Program-made: the position numbers and the translations under genes | Notes under the pieces: generated by a model | Databases searched by the model: none | What the model saw: the letters and a program-made list of their open reading frames with translations, nothing else | What the model was told of the DNA's origin: nothing | Assembly (NCBI GenBank): GCA_017621085.1 | Contig: JAGATW010000028.1 | Span: 4,107-68,106 of the forward strand | Length of the DNA: 64,000 bases | Source of the DNA: Clostridia bacterium | GTDB lineage: Bacteria > Bacillota > Clostridia > Oscillospirales > CAG-272 | Direction: 5' to 3' | In this document: positions 9,965 to 18,353 of the stretch, piece by piece | Layout of the letters: the number at the start of each line of letters is the position of its first letter | Position numbering within the stretch: the stretch's first letter is position 1

Positions 9965-11431
9965 TTATTCACCCTTTGGTGTAGTCAATACTGAAAAATA
10001 TTTTTCCAATATTTTTGCCAGCTCCTCTGAAATCTCTCCGATAGCTATCATTTCGGTAATTTTACCATCGTAACGACCTATTATCGTTCCATATTCAACA
10101 TAAATCTCTGATATGTCCTTTTCGGGCTCGAGCTTTGGGTCAATTACTATATCATTGCTTCCGAACAGGGTTTCTCCCGTTCCAAAGCCTCCGTCATCAC
10201 CCTGCTCAGGTCTACCCTCTGGCTCATCGGTTACCGTATCATCCCCCTGAGACTCATCCTTCAAGTCCTCCTCGGTCAATCCAAAGATGCGCATCAGCTC
10301 ATTAACAACATGAATTTTAACATCCTCATTAAGCCTTTGCGTTGGAAGAATTTCACGTATTTTCTTTGGTGTGTCTGTGTTCAGAAGGCTATCAAGCTTA
10401 GTTGTAATGTAGCTTTCTGAATATGTATCATCCTCGGATATGGCGAGTAATACATCAAAAATTTCCTGCATAGCCATGCAAAGCTTGTCCTCGGACGGCA
10501 TTTTGGAATTCTTCAACAGAGCCCCAAGCTCATCCTTTAAGGAGATAATCTCTCCTTTGGTTTTGTCCTCGATGAGAGCAGTACATATTGTATTTAGTTC
10601 GGCTACCGTTGCATCAACGCTTAAGCTATACATATCATAAGCAAGATTTTTCAAATGTGCATTGCTCGACTTCTCAGCATAAATGTAAAACGCATAGGTT
10701 GTGTTAACTGTATTTATAATCCCTTGCACATTCTTTATTGAGGAAATGACATAGGTTTTCATATCCTCCATATACTCAATCTCATCCAGCTTTGACAGCA
10801 AAAGCGTCAGCTCAGCAATAACAGGCGCCTTGGCGCTGTCTTGAAGGTTTGATTCTTCAACCTCGCGAATCAAAGCCTCCAAAGCAATTTTATGATGGTC
10901 TGTAGCCTCAAACTCCTCCTTGGGAGGTGGCTCGGGATCGGTATTGTCAGGCGGTGAATCTATAGGATCATCCTCCTTAAGCTGTAATACTACAATCGCA
11001 CCTACCAGCAATGCAATTGAAAGAACGAAGGCAACTATTGTCAAAGCTATGCTCTTCCATTCCGGCTTGATTGTTTCGTTGTTCAGTGCCGAATCTGCAT
11101 CCTGTCTTTGAAGCTCTTTTATATCCCCGTCATCATCTCGATATGCTACCATGGTTTCAATTTTCTCATTCAACCCATAGCGCCTGTCTATTTTCCTGGC
11201 AATTTTTATATCAGACCTCCACAACAAGAAGAACAATGCCAAGCCCAATAGTATGCCCGATGATACGCCGATTAGCAGAATATATGCAAGAAGCAGGCTT
11301 ATCCATTCATAGCCGTCCAAAATCAATAAAACTGCTGTTACCGTTAAAGATAACGCGATTCCAGACAAAACGGACTTAATTATTGTTTCGATTAAAAATT
11401 GTCTTTTAAATCGCTTAAAGCCCTCACCCAT
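9965..11431 (-). CDS. Three-TM membrane protein with a long acidic helical C-terminal domain, function unknown (first gene of the operon)
   Basis: 488-aa ORF preceded by RBS AGGGGGA. Hydrophobic segments are near residues 20-70 and 125-150, followed by D/E/P-rich and helical sequence. Paralog at 55185..56675 with a conserved C-terminus (ITEM..GEISEELA.IL.KY.SVL.TP.G). Confidence 0.75.
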   Translation of the reverse strand: MGEGFKRFKRQFLIETIIKSVLSGIALSLTVTAVLLILDGYEWISLLLAYILLIGVSSGILLGLALFFLLWRSDIKIARKIDRRYGLNEKIETMVAYRDDDGDIKELQRQDADSALNNETIKPEWKSIALTIVAFVLSIALLVGAIVVLQLKEDDPIDSPPDNTDPEPPPKEEFEATDHHKIALEALIREVEESNLQDSAKAPVIAELTLLLSKLDEIEYMEDMKTYVISSIKNVQGIINTVNTTYAFYIYAEKSSNAHLKNLAYDMYSLSVDATVAELNTICTALIEDKTKGEIISLKDELGALLKNSKMPSEDKLCMAMQEIFDVLLAISEDDTYSESYITTKLDSLLNTDTPKKIREILPTQRLNEDVKIHVVNELMRIFGLTEEDLKDESQGDDTVTDEPEGRPEQGDDGGFGTGETLFGSNDIVIDPKLEPEKDISEIYVEYGTIIGRYDGKITEMIAIGEISEELAKILEKYFSVLTTPKGE

Positions 11432-11468
11432 CGTTTTTCCCCCTTTGAACGATATATATATTTTTAAT

Positions 11469-11497
11469 ATTTTATCATATTAATATAGCAAAGTCAA
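11469..11497 (-). promoter_or_regulatory. Predicted sigma-A-type promoter of the copy-A MoxR operon
   Basis: On the minus strand: TTGACT, 17 nt, TAAAAT, about 40 nt upstream of the start codon at 11431. Confidence 0.5.
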
Positions 11498-11612
11498 GAA
11501 ATATTTCCTTATTTACATATATTTAACAGAATGTAAAAGACGGATTAACATTGTTTTTCTTTTTGAAGCCGATGCTCTCCATATTCGCCGAAATTTTTTT
11601 ACAATTTGAAAG

Positions 11613-11641
11613 TTGAATGTTAATTATTTTTGTGGTACAAT
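11613..11641 (+). promoter_or_regulatory. Predicted promoter of the copy-A two-component/plsY operon
   Basis: TTGAAT, 17 nt, TACAAT, with a TG-extended -10 (TGgTACAAT). Confidence 0.45.
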
Positions 11642-11699
11642 TGTTTATATTCAGTTTATTTTGCTGATGTATGATTTTCACCGAGTGATGGAGGGATTT

Positions 11700-12374
11700 A
11701 TGTTTCAGATTCTAGTTGTTGACGATGATAAGAACACGCGTCTTTTATTGCGCGCTGTTCTTGAAAATGCAGGATACACTGTAAGCACCGCTTGTGACGG
11801 AATTGAAGCGCTTTCCGTTCTGGACAAAGAGCATATAGACTTAATTGTATTGGATATTATGATGCCAAACATGGATGGCTACGAATTAACTAAAACCATT
11901 CGTGAAAGTCAAAGCAACATGCCAATTCTTATGATTTCAGCTAAGCAATTGCCTGCTGACAAGCATAAGGGCTTTATAGTCGGAACGGACGATTATATCA
12001 CAAAGCCAATTGATGATGAAGAAATGCTTTTTAGAATCAAAGCTCTGTTGCGTCGGGCTAAAATTGCAAGTGAGCATCGAATTAAGGTAGGCGAGGTTAT
12101 TCTGGATTACGATTCCTTAACCGTAACCAAAAACGGCGAAGTGTACGAGCTTCCTCAAAAGGAATTTCTTTTGCTTTTCAAGCTTCTTTCCTTTCCCGGA
12201 AAGATTTTCACAAGAATACAATTGATGGATGAAATATGGGGCTCTGACAGTGAGACCGGATGGGAAACCGTTACCGTTCATATTGGCAGATTGCGCAAAA
12301 GGTTTGAGGGCTGGGAGGAATTCCAAATTGAAGCTGTGCGAGGACTTGGATACAAGGCGGTGAAAAAGCTGTGA
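11700..12374 (+). CDS. OmpR/PhoB-family response regulator
   Basis: Start moved to the ATG at 11700 (MFQILVVDDDKN), which follows RBS GGAGGGA and matches the paralog start MFNILVVDDDKN. Receiver motifs are DD..., VLDIMMP and ISAK. Winged-helix C-terminus has TVHIGRLRKRF and RGLGYK. Confidence 0.9.
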   Translation: MFQILVVDDDKNTRLLLRAVLENAGYTVSTACDGIEALSVLDKEHIDLIVLDIMMPNMDGYELTKTIRESQSNMPILMISAKQLPADKHKGFIVGTDDYITKPIDDEEMLFRIKALLRRAKIASEHRIKVGEVILDYDSLTVTKNGEVYELPQKEFLLLFKLLSFPGKIFTRIQLMDEIWGSDSETGWETVTVHIGRLRKRFEGWEEFQIEAVRGLGYKAVKKL

Positions 12375-13453
12375 AATACACAAACAAGAAAGATGCAAAA
12401 AACATTCGAAAGCTCACCCTGGTTTTTTCACTCATCGTTTTAATTGTTTTAATTGTTGTTCTCGGGCTATCCTCTTTGACTGCCTATATTCTTGCAAAAA
12501 TGCATTTGCTATCAGATGGCAATGAAGGCATTCAAGTTTCACATATCATACTATTCATGGCAATCACCAGCTTGGTAATGGGAACTATTATCTCGATTAT
12601 TACAAGCAAAATGATACTTAGTCCGTTGAATATGATAACCTCTAAAATCAACAGCTTAGCCTCCGGTAATTTTGGAACGAGAGTTGATTTTGATGAAATT
12701 GTAACCAGAGTTCCTTCTTTTTCAGAGCTTTCCTCTGTTTTCAATAAGCTGTCTGAGGAGCTTCAAAACACCGAAATGCTTAGAAGTGACTTTATTAACA
12801 ATTTTTCACACGAATTCAAAACGCCCATAGTTTCCATCTCAGGCTTTGCTAAGCTACTTAAAAAAGGGAATTTGACTGATGAGCAAAGGCGTGAATATTT
12901 GGATGCCATTGAGGAAGAATCTCTTCGCCTTGCGTATATGGCAACCAATGTGTTAAACCTTACCAAAATTGAAAACCAATCTATTTTGACTGATATTTCC
13001 AGTTACAATGTCTCCGAGCAGATTCGTTCTTGTATTTTACTGCTTGAGGGTAAGTGGTCAAAAAAGAATTTGGAATTTCAACTGGAGATAGAGGAGCATT
13101 CTATCAGCGCATGCGAAGAGCTTCTCAAGCAGGTTTGGATTAACCTTATCGACAATGCCATAAAGTTTTCCAATGACGGTCAGTTTATCACCATCTCTTC
13201 TCAGGATAAAGGTCAATACCTTTGCTTTTCAATCACAAACTACGGCATAGAGATTCCCAAGACCAAGCTGGACAAGATTTTCAACAAGTTTTATCAGTGT
13301 GATGAGTCTCACTCTACCCATGGAAATGGTATAGGACTTTCTATTGTTAAAAAAATCGTTTATTTACACAACGGTGAAATTAAGGTAGTTAGTGAAAACA
13401 ACTCTGTTTCCTTTCACATCTCACTACCAAAGAAACCTAATGGAGTAAAATAA
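12371..13453 (+). CDS. Sensor histidine kinase, two TM helices with a very short external loop (intramembrane-sensing type)
   Basis: GTG start overlaps the response regulator stop (GTGA). H-box FSHEFKTPIVSI, N-box NLIDNAIKFS and G-box GNGIGLSIV are present. Only about 15 residues lie between the two N-terminal hydrophobic helices. Confidence 0.9.
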   Translation: MKYTNKKDAKNIRKLTLVFSLIVLIVLIVVLGLSSLTAYILAKMHLLSDGNEGIQVSHIILFMAITSLVMGTIISIITSKMILSPLNMITSKINSLASGNFGTRVDFDEIVTRVPSFSELSSVFNKLSEELQNTEMLRSDFINNFSHEFKTPIVSISGFAKLLKKGNLTDEQRREYLDAIEEESLRLAYMATNVLNLTKIENQSILTDISSYNVSEQIRSCILLLEGKWSKKNLEFQLEIEEHSISACEELLKQVWINLIDNAIKFSNDGQFITISSQDKGQYLCFSITNYGIEIPKTKLDKIFNKFYQCDESHSTHGNGIGLSIVKKIVYLHNGEIKVVSENNSVSFHISLPKKPNGVK

Positions 13454-14127
13454 TGAATCCTATTTTTAAAGTTTTAATTTGTATTATTTCCGGATATTTG
13501 ATAGGCACAATAAACCCTTCCTACATTATGGGACGGATAAACGGTATTGACATACGAAAAAAGGGCTCCGGTAACGCAGGCGCATCAAACGCTCTTATTA
13601 TGTTTGGCAAGATAGCCGGTGTTTTTTGTGCTTTATTTGATATATTCAAAGCTGTTATCGCCATATATTTAACTTCAAGTATTTTCTTTCCTTCCTTTAA
13701 GCTTTCGTTTGTTATAACCGGTGTGTCCACAATTTTAGGACACATGTTCCCTTTTTATATGAAGTTCAAGGGTGGCAAGGGACTTGCCAGTCTCGGCGGT
13801 GTTGTCCTTGCATTTGACTGGCGCGTTTTTCTGATTCTTTTGTCGATAGAAATAGTTATTGTTTTGATTTCTGACTACATATGCTTCGTGCCATTGTCTG
13901 CATCTGTTGCTTTTCCAATCATTTACGGTATAATGGAAAAAGACATAATCAGCTCTTTGATTTTCCTTCTAATGACTGTAGCCATATTCTATAAGCACAT
14001 AGAAAACCTTTCCAGAATTCGCAACGGTACAGAGTTACATTTCAGCTACTTGTGGAACAAGGATAAGGAGTTGGAGCGAATGAACGAAAACGATGCTCCT
14101 TTGGATACCAATATTACAAAAAAATAA
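13453..14127 (+). CDS. plsY: PlsY-family glycerol-3-phosphate acyltransferase paralog
   Basis: All three PlsY blocks are present: GSGNAGASNA, KFKGGKGLASLGG and HIENLSRIRNGTE. The protein is multi-TM. TAATG overlap with the kinase stop suggests translational coupling. Confidence 0.8.
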   Translation: MNPIFKVLICIISGYLIGTINPSYIMGRINGIDIRKKGSGNAGASNALIMFGKIAGVFCALFDIFKAVIAIYLTSSIFFPSFKLSFVITGVSTILGHMFPFYMKFKGGKGLASLGGVVLAFDWRVFLILLSIEIVIVLISDYICFVPLSASVAFPIIYGIMEKDIISSLIFLLMTVAIFYKHIENLSRIRNGTELHFSYLWNKDKELERMNENDAPLDTNITKK

Positions 14128-14167
14128 AATTCGGAGGTGTCGGCTTATGTCGATTATCTCCGAATTT
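14127..14167 (+). terminator. Hairpin between plsY and the lipid kinase gene, copy A (terminator or attenuator)
   Basis: 10-bp stem AAATTCGGAG / CTCCGAATTT followed by T-rich TGTTTATTTTTGGTTTATTTTGTG. An extended -10 (TGcTAAAAT) follows at 14192..14200. Confidence 0.5.
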
Positions 14168-14232
14168 GTTTATTTTTGGTTTATTTTGTGATGCTAAAAT
14201 TCAATCATAATCAATTTGAATGGAGACTAATT

Positions 14233-15111
14233 ATGAGCAGAATTTGTGTTTTCTTTAACCCTCTTTGTAAAGCTGATTGTAACAGTGCAATTGAATCCCT
14301 TTTCCCCACCGATACCAAGGACTACTTCGACGTAACAGACGCGTTAGATTATAGTGCAATCATCAGCGAGCTGGAAAATTCCGACAAAATAATGGTTTGC
14401 GGTGGAGACGGAACACTTAACAGGTTTGTTAACGATATATATGATTTAGATATTAAAAACGATATTCTCTATTATGCGACAGGAACAGGAAATGACTTCT
14501 TAAGAGATATTGGACTCGGTCAAGAACGCGTTCCTATAAAAATAAACGACTATATTTCAAAGCTACCCGTAGTAACTGTTAAAGGAAAAAGCTATAGATT
14601 TTTAAACGGTGTCGGTTACGGAATTGACGGATATTGCTGTGAGGTGGGAGATAGGCTCCGCAAAACCTCTAAAAAGCCTATCAATTATACTTCCATTGCT
14701 ATAAAAGGACTACTGTTTTACTATAAGCCTACCGATGCGACAGTCACCGTTGACGGAGTTGAATATAAATTCAAAAAGGTTTGGATTGCACCAACTATGG
14801 CAGGAAGATACTACGGTGGCGGTATGCTCCCTGCGCCCAACCAAAGACGAGAGGATAGAGAAAAGCATGTTACACTTACCGTAATGCACAGTTCGGGAAA
14901 GCTCAAAACCTTGATGATATTCCCCTCCCTGTTCAAGGGTGAGCACGTAAAGCACACTAAGAATGTTACCGTCTTAGAGGGAAAAAGCATCTCTGTCAAA
15001 TTCAACAGGAATGTAGCTCTTCAAATTGACGGTGAAACAATTCTTGATGTTTCGGGCTATGATGTGCAGTTAGCCGATATTTTTGAAAAAAGCTCGCTAA
15101 GTAAGGCATAA
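14233..15111 (+). CDS. Diacylglycerol-kinase catalytic-domain lipid kinase (DagK/YegS/BmrU-like)
   Basis: Start moved to the ATG at 14233 (MSRICVFFNPL), matching the paralog start MGKIYALFNPL. Motifs are VCGGDGTLNRF, YYATGTGNDFLRD and LQIDGE. Confidence 0.8.
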   Translation: MSRICVFFNPLCKADCNSAIESLFPTDTKDYFDVTDALDYSAIISELENSDKIMVCGGDGTLNRFVNDIYDLDIKNDILYYATGTGNDFLRDIGLGQERVPIKINDYISKLPVVTVKGKSYRFLNGVGYGIDGYCCEVGDRLRKTSKKPINYTSIAIKGLLFYYKPTDATVTVDGVEYKFKKVWIAPTMAGRYYGGGMLPAPNQRREDREKHVTLTVMHSSGKLKTLMIFPSLFKGEHVKHTKNVTVLEGKSISVKFNRNVALQIDGETILDVSGYDVQLADIFEKSSLSKA

Positions 15112-15114
15112 ATT

Positions 15115-15142
15115 AAAAAAGATGGTTTTCACCATCTTTTTT
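15115..15142. terminator. Bidirectional rho-independent terminator
   Basis: AAAAAAGATGGT-tttc-ACCATCTTTTTT between convergent genes. Confidence 0.75.
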
Positions 15143-15935
15143 ATTTTTCCTCAAACAGATCCAAATCGGGCTTTTCAATCTCTATGTCTCTAGATGTGCT
15201 AATATCAATCGTCCGAATTTCATTATATCTTATACCGGCAGTTTCGGAAACGGTCTCGTATTTTATCCTCTTCATTACTCCTTCAGCGGTATAATACATA
15301 GTTACCTTCATCTCTGTTGCATCGCCAAGCTTTTCATAAGAATTGCTTGATGACAGCAGGTCTTTATATTCTTGCTCGTTAAAAGAGATTTCCACCTTGT
15401 ACAGCCTTCCTTCTCTTATAAACCTATTATACATAAATTTTTCATAAGGAATAGATATGAACATATGTTCAGTTTTGAATTTATTTGTTTTATACTTGGA
15501 TTCATATTCGCTGTATGCAAGTGATTCTTTTATTTTAGTACCTTGATTGGAGCTATATACTATTCCATTTATGTACCACATCTCCTGAGCTTCATCGCCT
15601 TCGCCTTCTTTACTCAGGCGCATATACTCCTCGTTGTCCTTTTTAACTATGGTACATAATTCGATTTTCTGCAAGGTATCTTTCTCGCTGAAAATTTTTG
15701 TTGTCGATGAATACTCTATCTCACGCCTTGTAGCTGATATTATTCTTTCGCTTTCTTTGATATATAAGGAATATGACGAATTGCTGTTCAAATAGTTAAG
15801 CTTCTCTCCATCTCCTGTCACATTGCTAACAGTAGTATTGTTACCATCACCAACCTCAATATAATCAGATTCGCACGAGGTAGCTATACCCACTAGCAGT
15901 ACAAGACAAAGGATAAGCAGAATTCTCTTTACCAT
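15141..15935 (-). CDS. Hypothetical lipoprotein
   Basis: 264-aa ORF with signal peptide and lipobox (LLVGIATSC). No recognisable catalytic motif. Confidence 0.6.
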   Translation of the reverse strand: MVKRILLILCLVLLVGIATSCESDYIEVGDGNNTTVSNVTGDGEKLNYLNSNSSYSLYIKESERIISATRREIEYSSTTKIFSEKDTLQKIELCTIVKKDNEEYMRLSKEGEGDEAQEMWYINGIVYSSNQGTKIKESLAYSEYESKYKTNKFKTEHMFISIPYEKFMYNRFIREGRLYKVEISFNEQEYKDLLSSSNSYEKLGDATEMKVTMYYTAEGVMKRIKYETVSETAGIRYNEIRTIDISTSRDIEIEKPDLDLFEEK

Positions 15936-16104
15936 ATTCTTTCTCCGTAAATAGTTCTTTTGTATTTATACAGTATAACACTTTCGACAAATAAATACAA
16001 GTTCTTACTGCTTTTTTATTTTTTTACCACTGAAATTATTATGTTGAAAAGATTTTCATTATGTGATATAATAAATTAAAGAATTCATTTTACGGAGTTT
16101 TTTG

Positions 16105-18279
16105 ATGAATAAGATTTTATTAACTTTACTTCTCGCGTTATTAGCTATGCTTGCTCTATGCTCCTGCGGGGACTGCAAGCACAGGTGGAAAACCGATGAC
16201 TGTGAGGAAGGAATGACCTGCTCTCTTTGCGGAGATACAAAGAGCGCTGAGCACGACTGGAAGGAAGCGAATTGCGTTTCTCCAAAAACATGTCGCGTAT
16301 GCAAAAAAACAGAGGGTGATATAGGAGATCACATTTGGTCTGAGGAAACCTGCTTGAAATCCAAAAGCTGTTCCATCTGCAAGCGTTCCACAGATCCCAT
16401 CCCTCACGACTGGCAAGATGCCACCTGCTATTCTCCAAAGACCTGTGCCCGTTGCAATCTTACCGAGGGTGAGATTGGTGATCACGAATGGTCCACTGCC
16501 ACTTGTCTTGAGCCGAGTGTGTGCAGGTTTTGCAATTTAGTTGATGACACGCCAGCATCTCATAGATGGGTTTTTGTTGACTGTGAAACTCCTCGTTATT
16601 GTAAATACTGTAGTACAGTGGAGGAGGATGCTCCCGGTCACAAGTGGATAGAAGCAACCTGCACAGACGCATCGTACTGCAACAAATGTAAGGTGATAAA
16701 GGGAACAGCCCTGGGCCACGCTTGGCAGGAGCCAAGCTGTACAGAGCCTAAAAATTGCTCACGATGCATGTTAACAGAGGGAGAGCCTCTTGGACACAAA
16801 TGGACTTTGAGCCAGGTGATAGCTCCAAGCTGTTCTGTCGGAAAGGAAATAAACACCTGTATCTGCGGAGAAACAGATATAATCACATCTCCCGCCAGCA
16901 TCAGTTATCATAAAAGCGACACAGATGGTACTTGTACCGTTTGCAACACAAAATTTGACACCTCTAAAATGACTTTAAAATCCTTAACAGTCGGAGAGCA
17001 TTATTTTGTTGAAAAGGAAGCAATTTTTACCAGCTCCGAAACCACTAACACAATTTACAAGCCTCTTACTTATGAGGATATCGGTATGCCTATCATTGAT
17101 TTGAATGGCGATATTTCCAAGGTAAGCAAATCATATGTTGTTACAATTCCATTTTCTTATAATGACGGAGAACAGTCCTTTGAGTGCTTTGCTGAGGTAA
17201 AGGTTCAAGGAGCGTCCAGCGCAGGATACCCTAAAAAGAATTACTCGATTAAGCTAGTCAACGAGCTTGGAGAAAAGAACAAGGTTAAGCTCGTTAAGGG
17301 GTGGGGAAAGCAACACAAATATTGCATGAAGGCAAACTACGTGGATTTTTCACAAGCCAGAAACGTCGTTTCTGCTCAGATTTTCGGTGATATTGTTCGC
17401 TCACGAGGTCTGGAAGATGAATTATCAAAAGCTCCAAACGGAGGAGCAATTGACGGTTTCCCTATCCTTGTCTACAATGAAGGCGATTTTTTGGGGCTTT
17501 ATACCATGAATATCCCTAAGGATAAATGGATGTTTGATATGAAGGACAGCGATGAAAAGAATCAAGCCATTTTAATGGGTGAGCATTGGAATTCTTCTGT
17601 CGCTTTCAGGCAGCCGATGTCCTATAATATGGGTTCATCAGGATGGGAGCTTGAATACGCCTCAAACGAGGATAGCTTAATCGACAACAGCACCAGCTGG
17701 GTTGTAGATAGCATGAATCGGGTTATCAACTTTGTTATTAACAACGACGGTCAGGCATTCATTGACGGAATTGATGATTACATTGATGTAGATAAATGCA
17801 TAGACACTATGATTTATACGTTTTTCATTTGTGCCGATGATAATCTGAGTAAAAATATTTTATGGGTTACATTTGACGGCAAAATCTGGTTCTCCAGCGT
17901 TTATGATATGGATGGAACATGGGGAATGAAGTGGAACGGCTCTATCGAATTTAATGAAAATACACATCTTATCTCAAATTTGGCAAAGAAAAATAACACA
18001 AACTATAACTTACTATGGGAAAGGCTTTACGATAACTTCTACGATAGAATAGTAGAACGATACAAGGAGCTACGCGAAGGACCTTTGTCAATTTCCAACA
18101 TTTCATCAAGATTCATAGAATTCTTTAATAAAATTCCCGATATAGTTTATGATGCTGAAAAGTCCAGATGGCCTTCAGTTCCCAGCCACTCCACTAACAA
18201 TTTCAACCAAATTATCACCTTTGCCAACAAGCGAATTGAAAAGATGGATGATATCCTAATAAACAATAATTTGGAATAG
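16105..18279 (+). CDS. Secreted or lipoprotein CotH-family (atypical kinase fold) protein with nine N-terminal Cys/His repeats
   Basis: ATG at 16105 follows GGAG. Signal peptide LLALLAMLALCSC. The C-terminal two thirds carry CotH-like blocks (KKNYSIKL, KANYVDFSQARN, LWVTFDGKIWFSSVYDMDGTWG). The N-terminus has 9 repeats of HxW-x4-C-x5-C-xx-C. Confidence 0.7.
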   Translation: MNKILLTLLLALLAMLALCSCGDCKHRWKTDDCEEGMTCSLCGDTKSAEHDWKEANCVSPKTCRVCKKTEGDIGDHIWSEETCLKSKSCSICKRSTDPIPHDWQDATCYSPKTCARCNLTEGEIGDHEWSTATCLEPSVCRFCNLVDDTPASHRWVFVDCETPRYCKYCSTVEEDAPGHKWIEATCTDASYCNKCKVIKGTALGHAWQEPSCTEPKNCSRCMLTEGEPLGHKWTLSQVIAPSCSVGKEINTCICGETDIITSPASISYHKSDTDGTCTVCNTKFDTSKMTLKSLTVGEHYFVEKEAIFTSSETTNTIYKPLTYEDIGMPIIDLNGDISKVSKSYVVTIPFSYNDGEQSFECFAEVKVQGASSAGYPKKNYSIKLVNELGEKNKVKLVKGWGKQHKYCMKANYVDFSQARNVVSAQIFGDIVRSRGLEDELSKAPNGGAIDGFPILVYNEGDFLGLYTMNIPKDKWMFDMKDSDEKNQAILMGEHWNSSVAFRQPMSYNMGSSGWELEYASNEDSLIDNSTSWVVDSMNRVINFVINNDGQAFIDGIDDYIDVDKCIDTMIYTFFICADDNLSKNILWVTFDGKIWFSSVYDMDGTWGMKWNGSIEFNENTHLISNLAKKNNTNYNLLWERLYDNFYDRIVERYKELREGPLSISNISSRFIEFFNKIPDIVYDAEKSRWPSVPSHSTNNFNQIITFANKRIEKMDDILINNNLE
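16174..16878 (+). repeat. Nine tandem repeats of about 78 nt (26 aa) encoding HxW-x4-C-x5-C-xx-C modules inside the CotH gene
   Basis: Counted in the translation: CKHRW.., HDWKEANC.., HIWSEETC.., HDWQDATC.., HEWSTATC.., HRWVFVDC.., HKWIEATC.., HAWQEPSC.., HKWTLSQ... Confidence 0.85.
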
Positions 18280-18282
18280 AAA

Positions 18283-18316
18283 AAGTGTGCTCCGTAAAAT
18301 GAGCACACTTTTTTCT
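18283..18316 (+). terminator. Rho-independent terminator after the CotH gene
   Basis: Stem AAGTGTGCTC / GAGCACACTT followed by a T run. Confidence 0.75.
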
Positions 18317-18353
18317 TGCAAGAGCTACTTATCTGTGATATAATGAGGTTGAG

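Larger units (their letters stand above)
1..15142. repeat. Segmental duplication, copy A (truncated by the window edge)
   Basis: Gene-for-gene colinear with 43699..60418 at a near-constant offset of about 45.2 kb. Confidence 0.9.

Noticed and set aside
16059-16901. Cluster of six overlapping 60-109-aa minus-strand ORFs
   Set aside because: All are antisense to the GC-richer Cys/His repeat region of the CotH gene. They show no RBS and no protein-like sequence, and the sense frame has a clear repeat structure.
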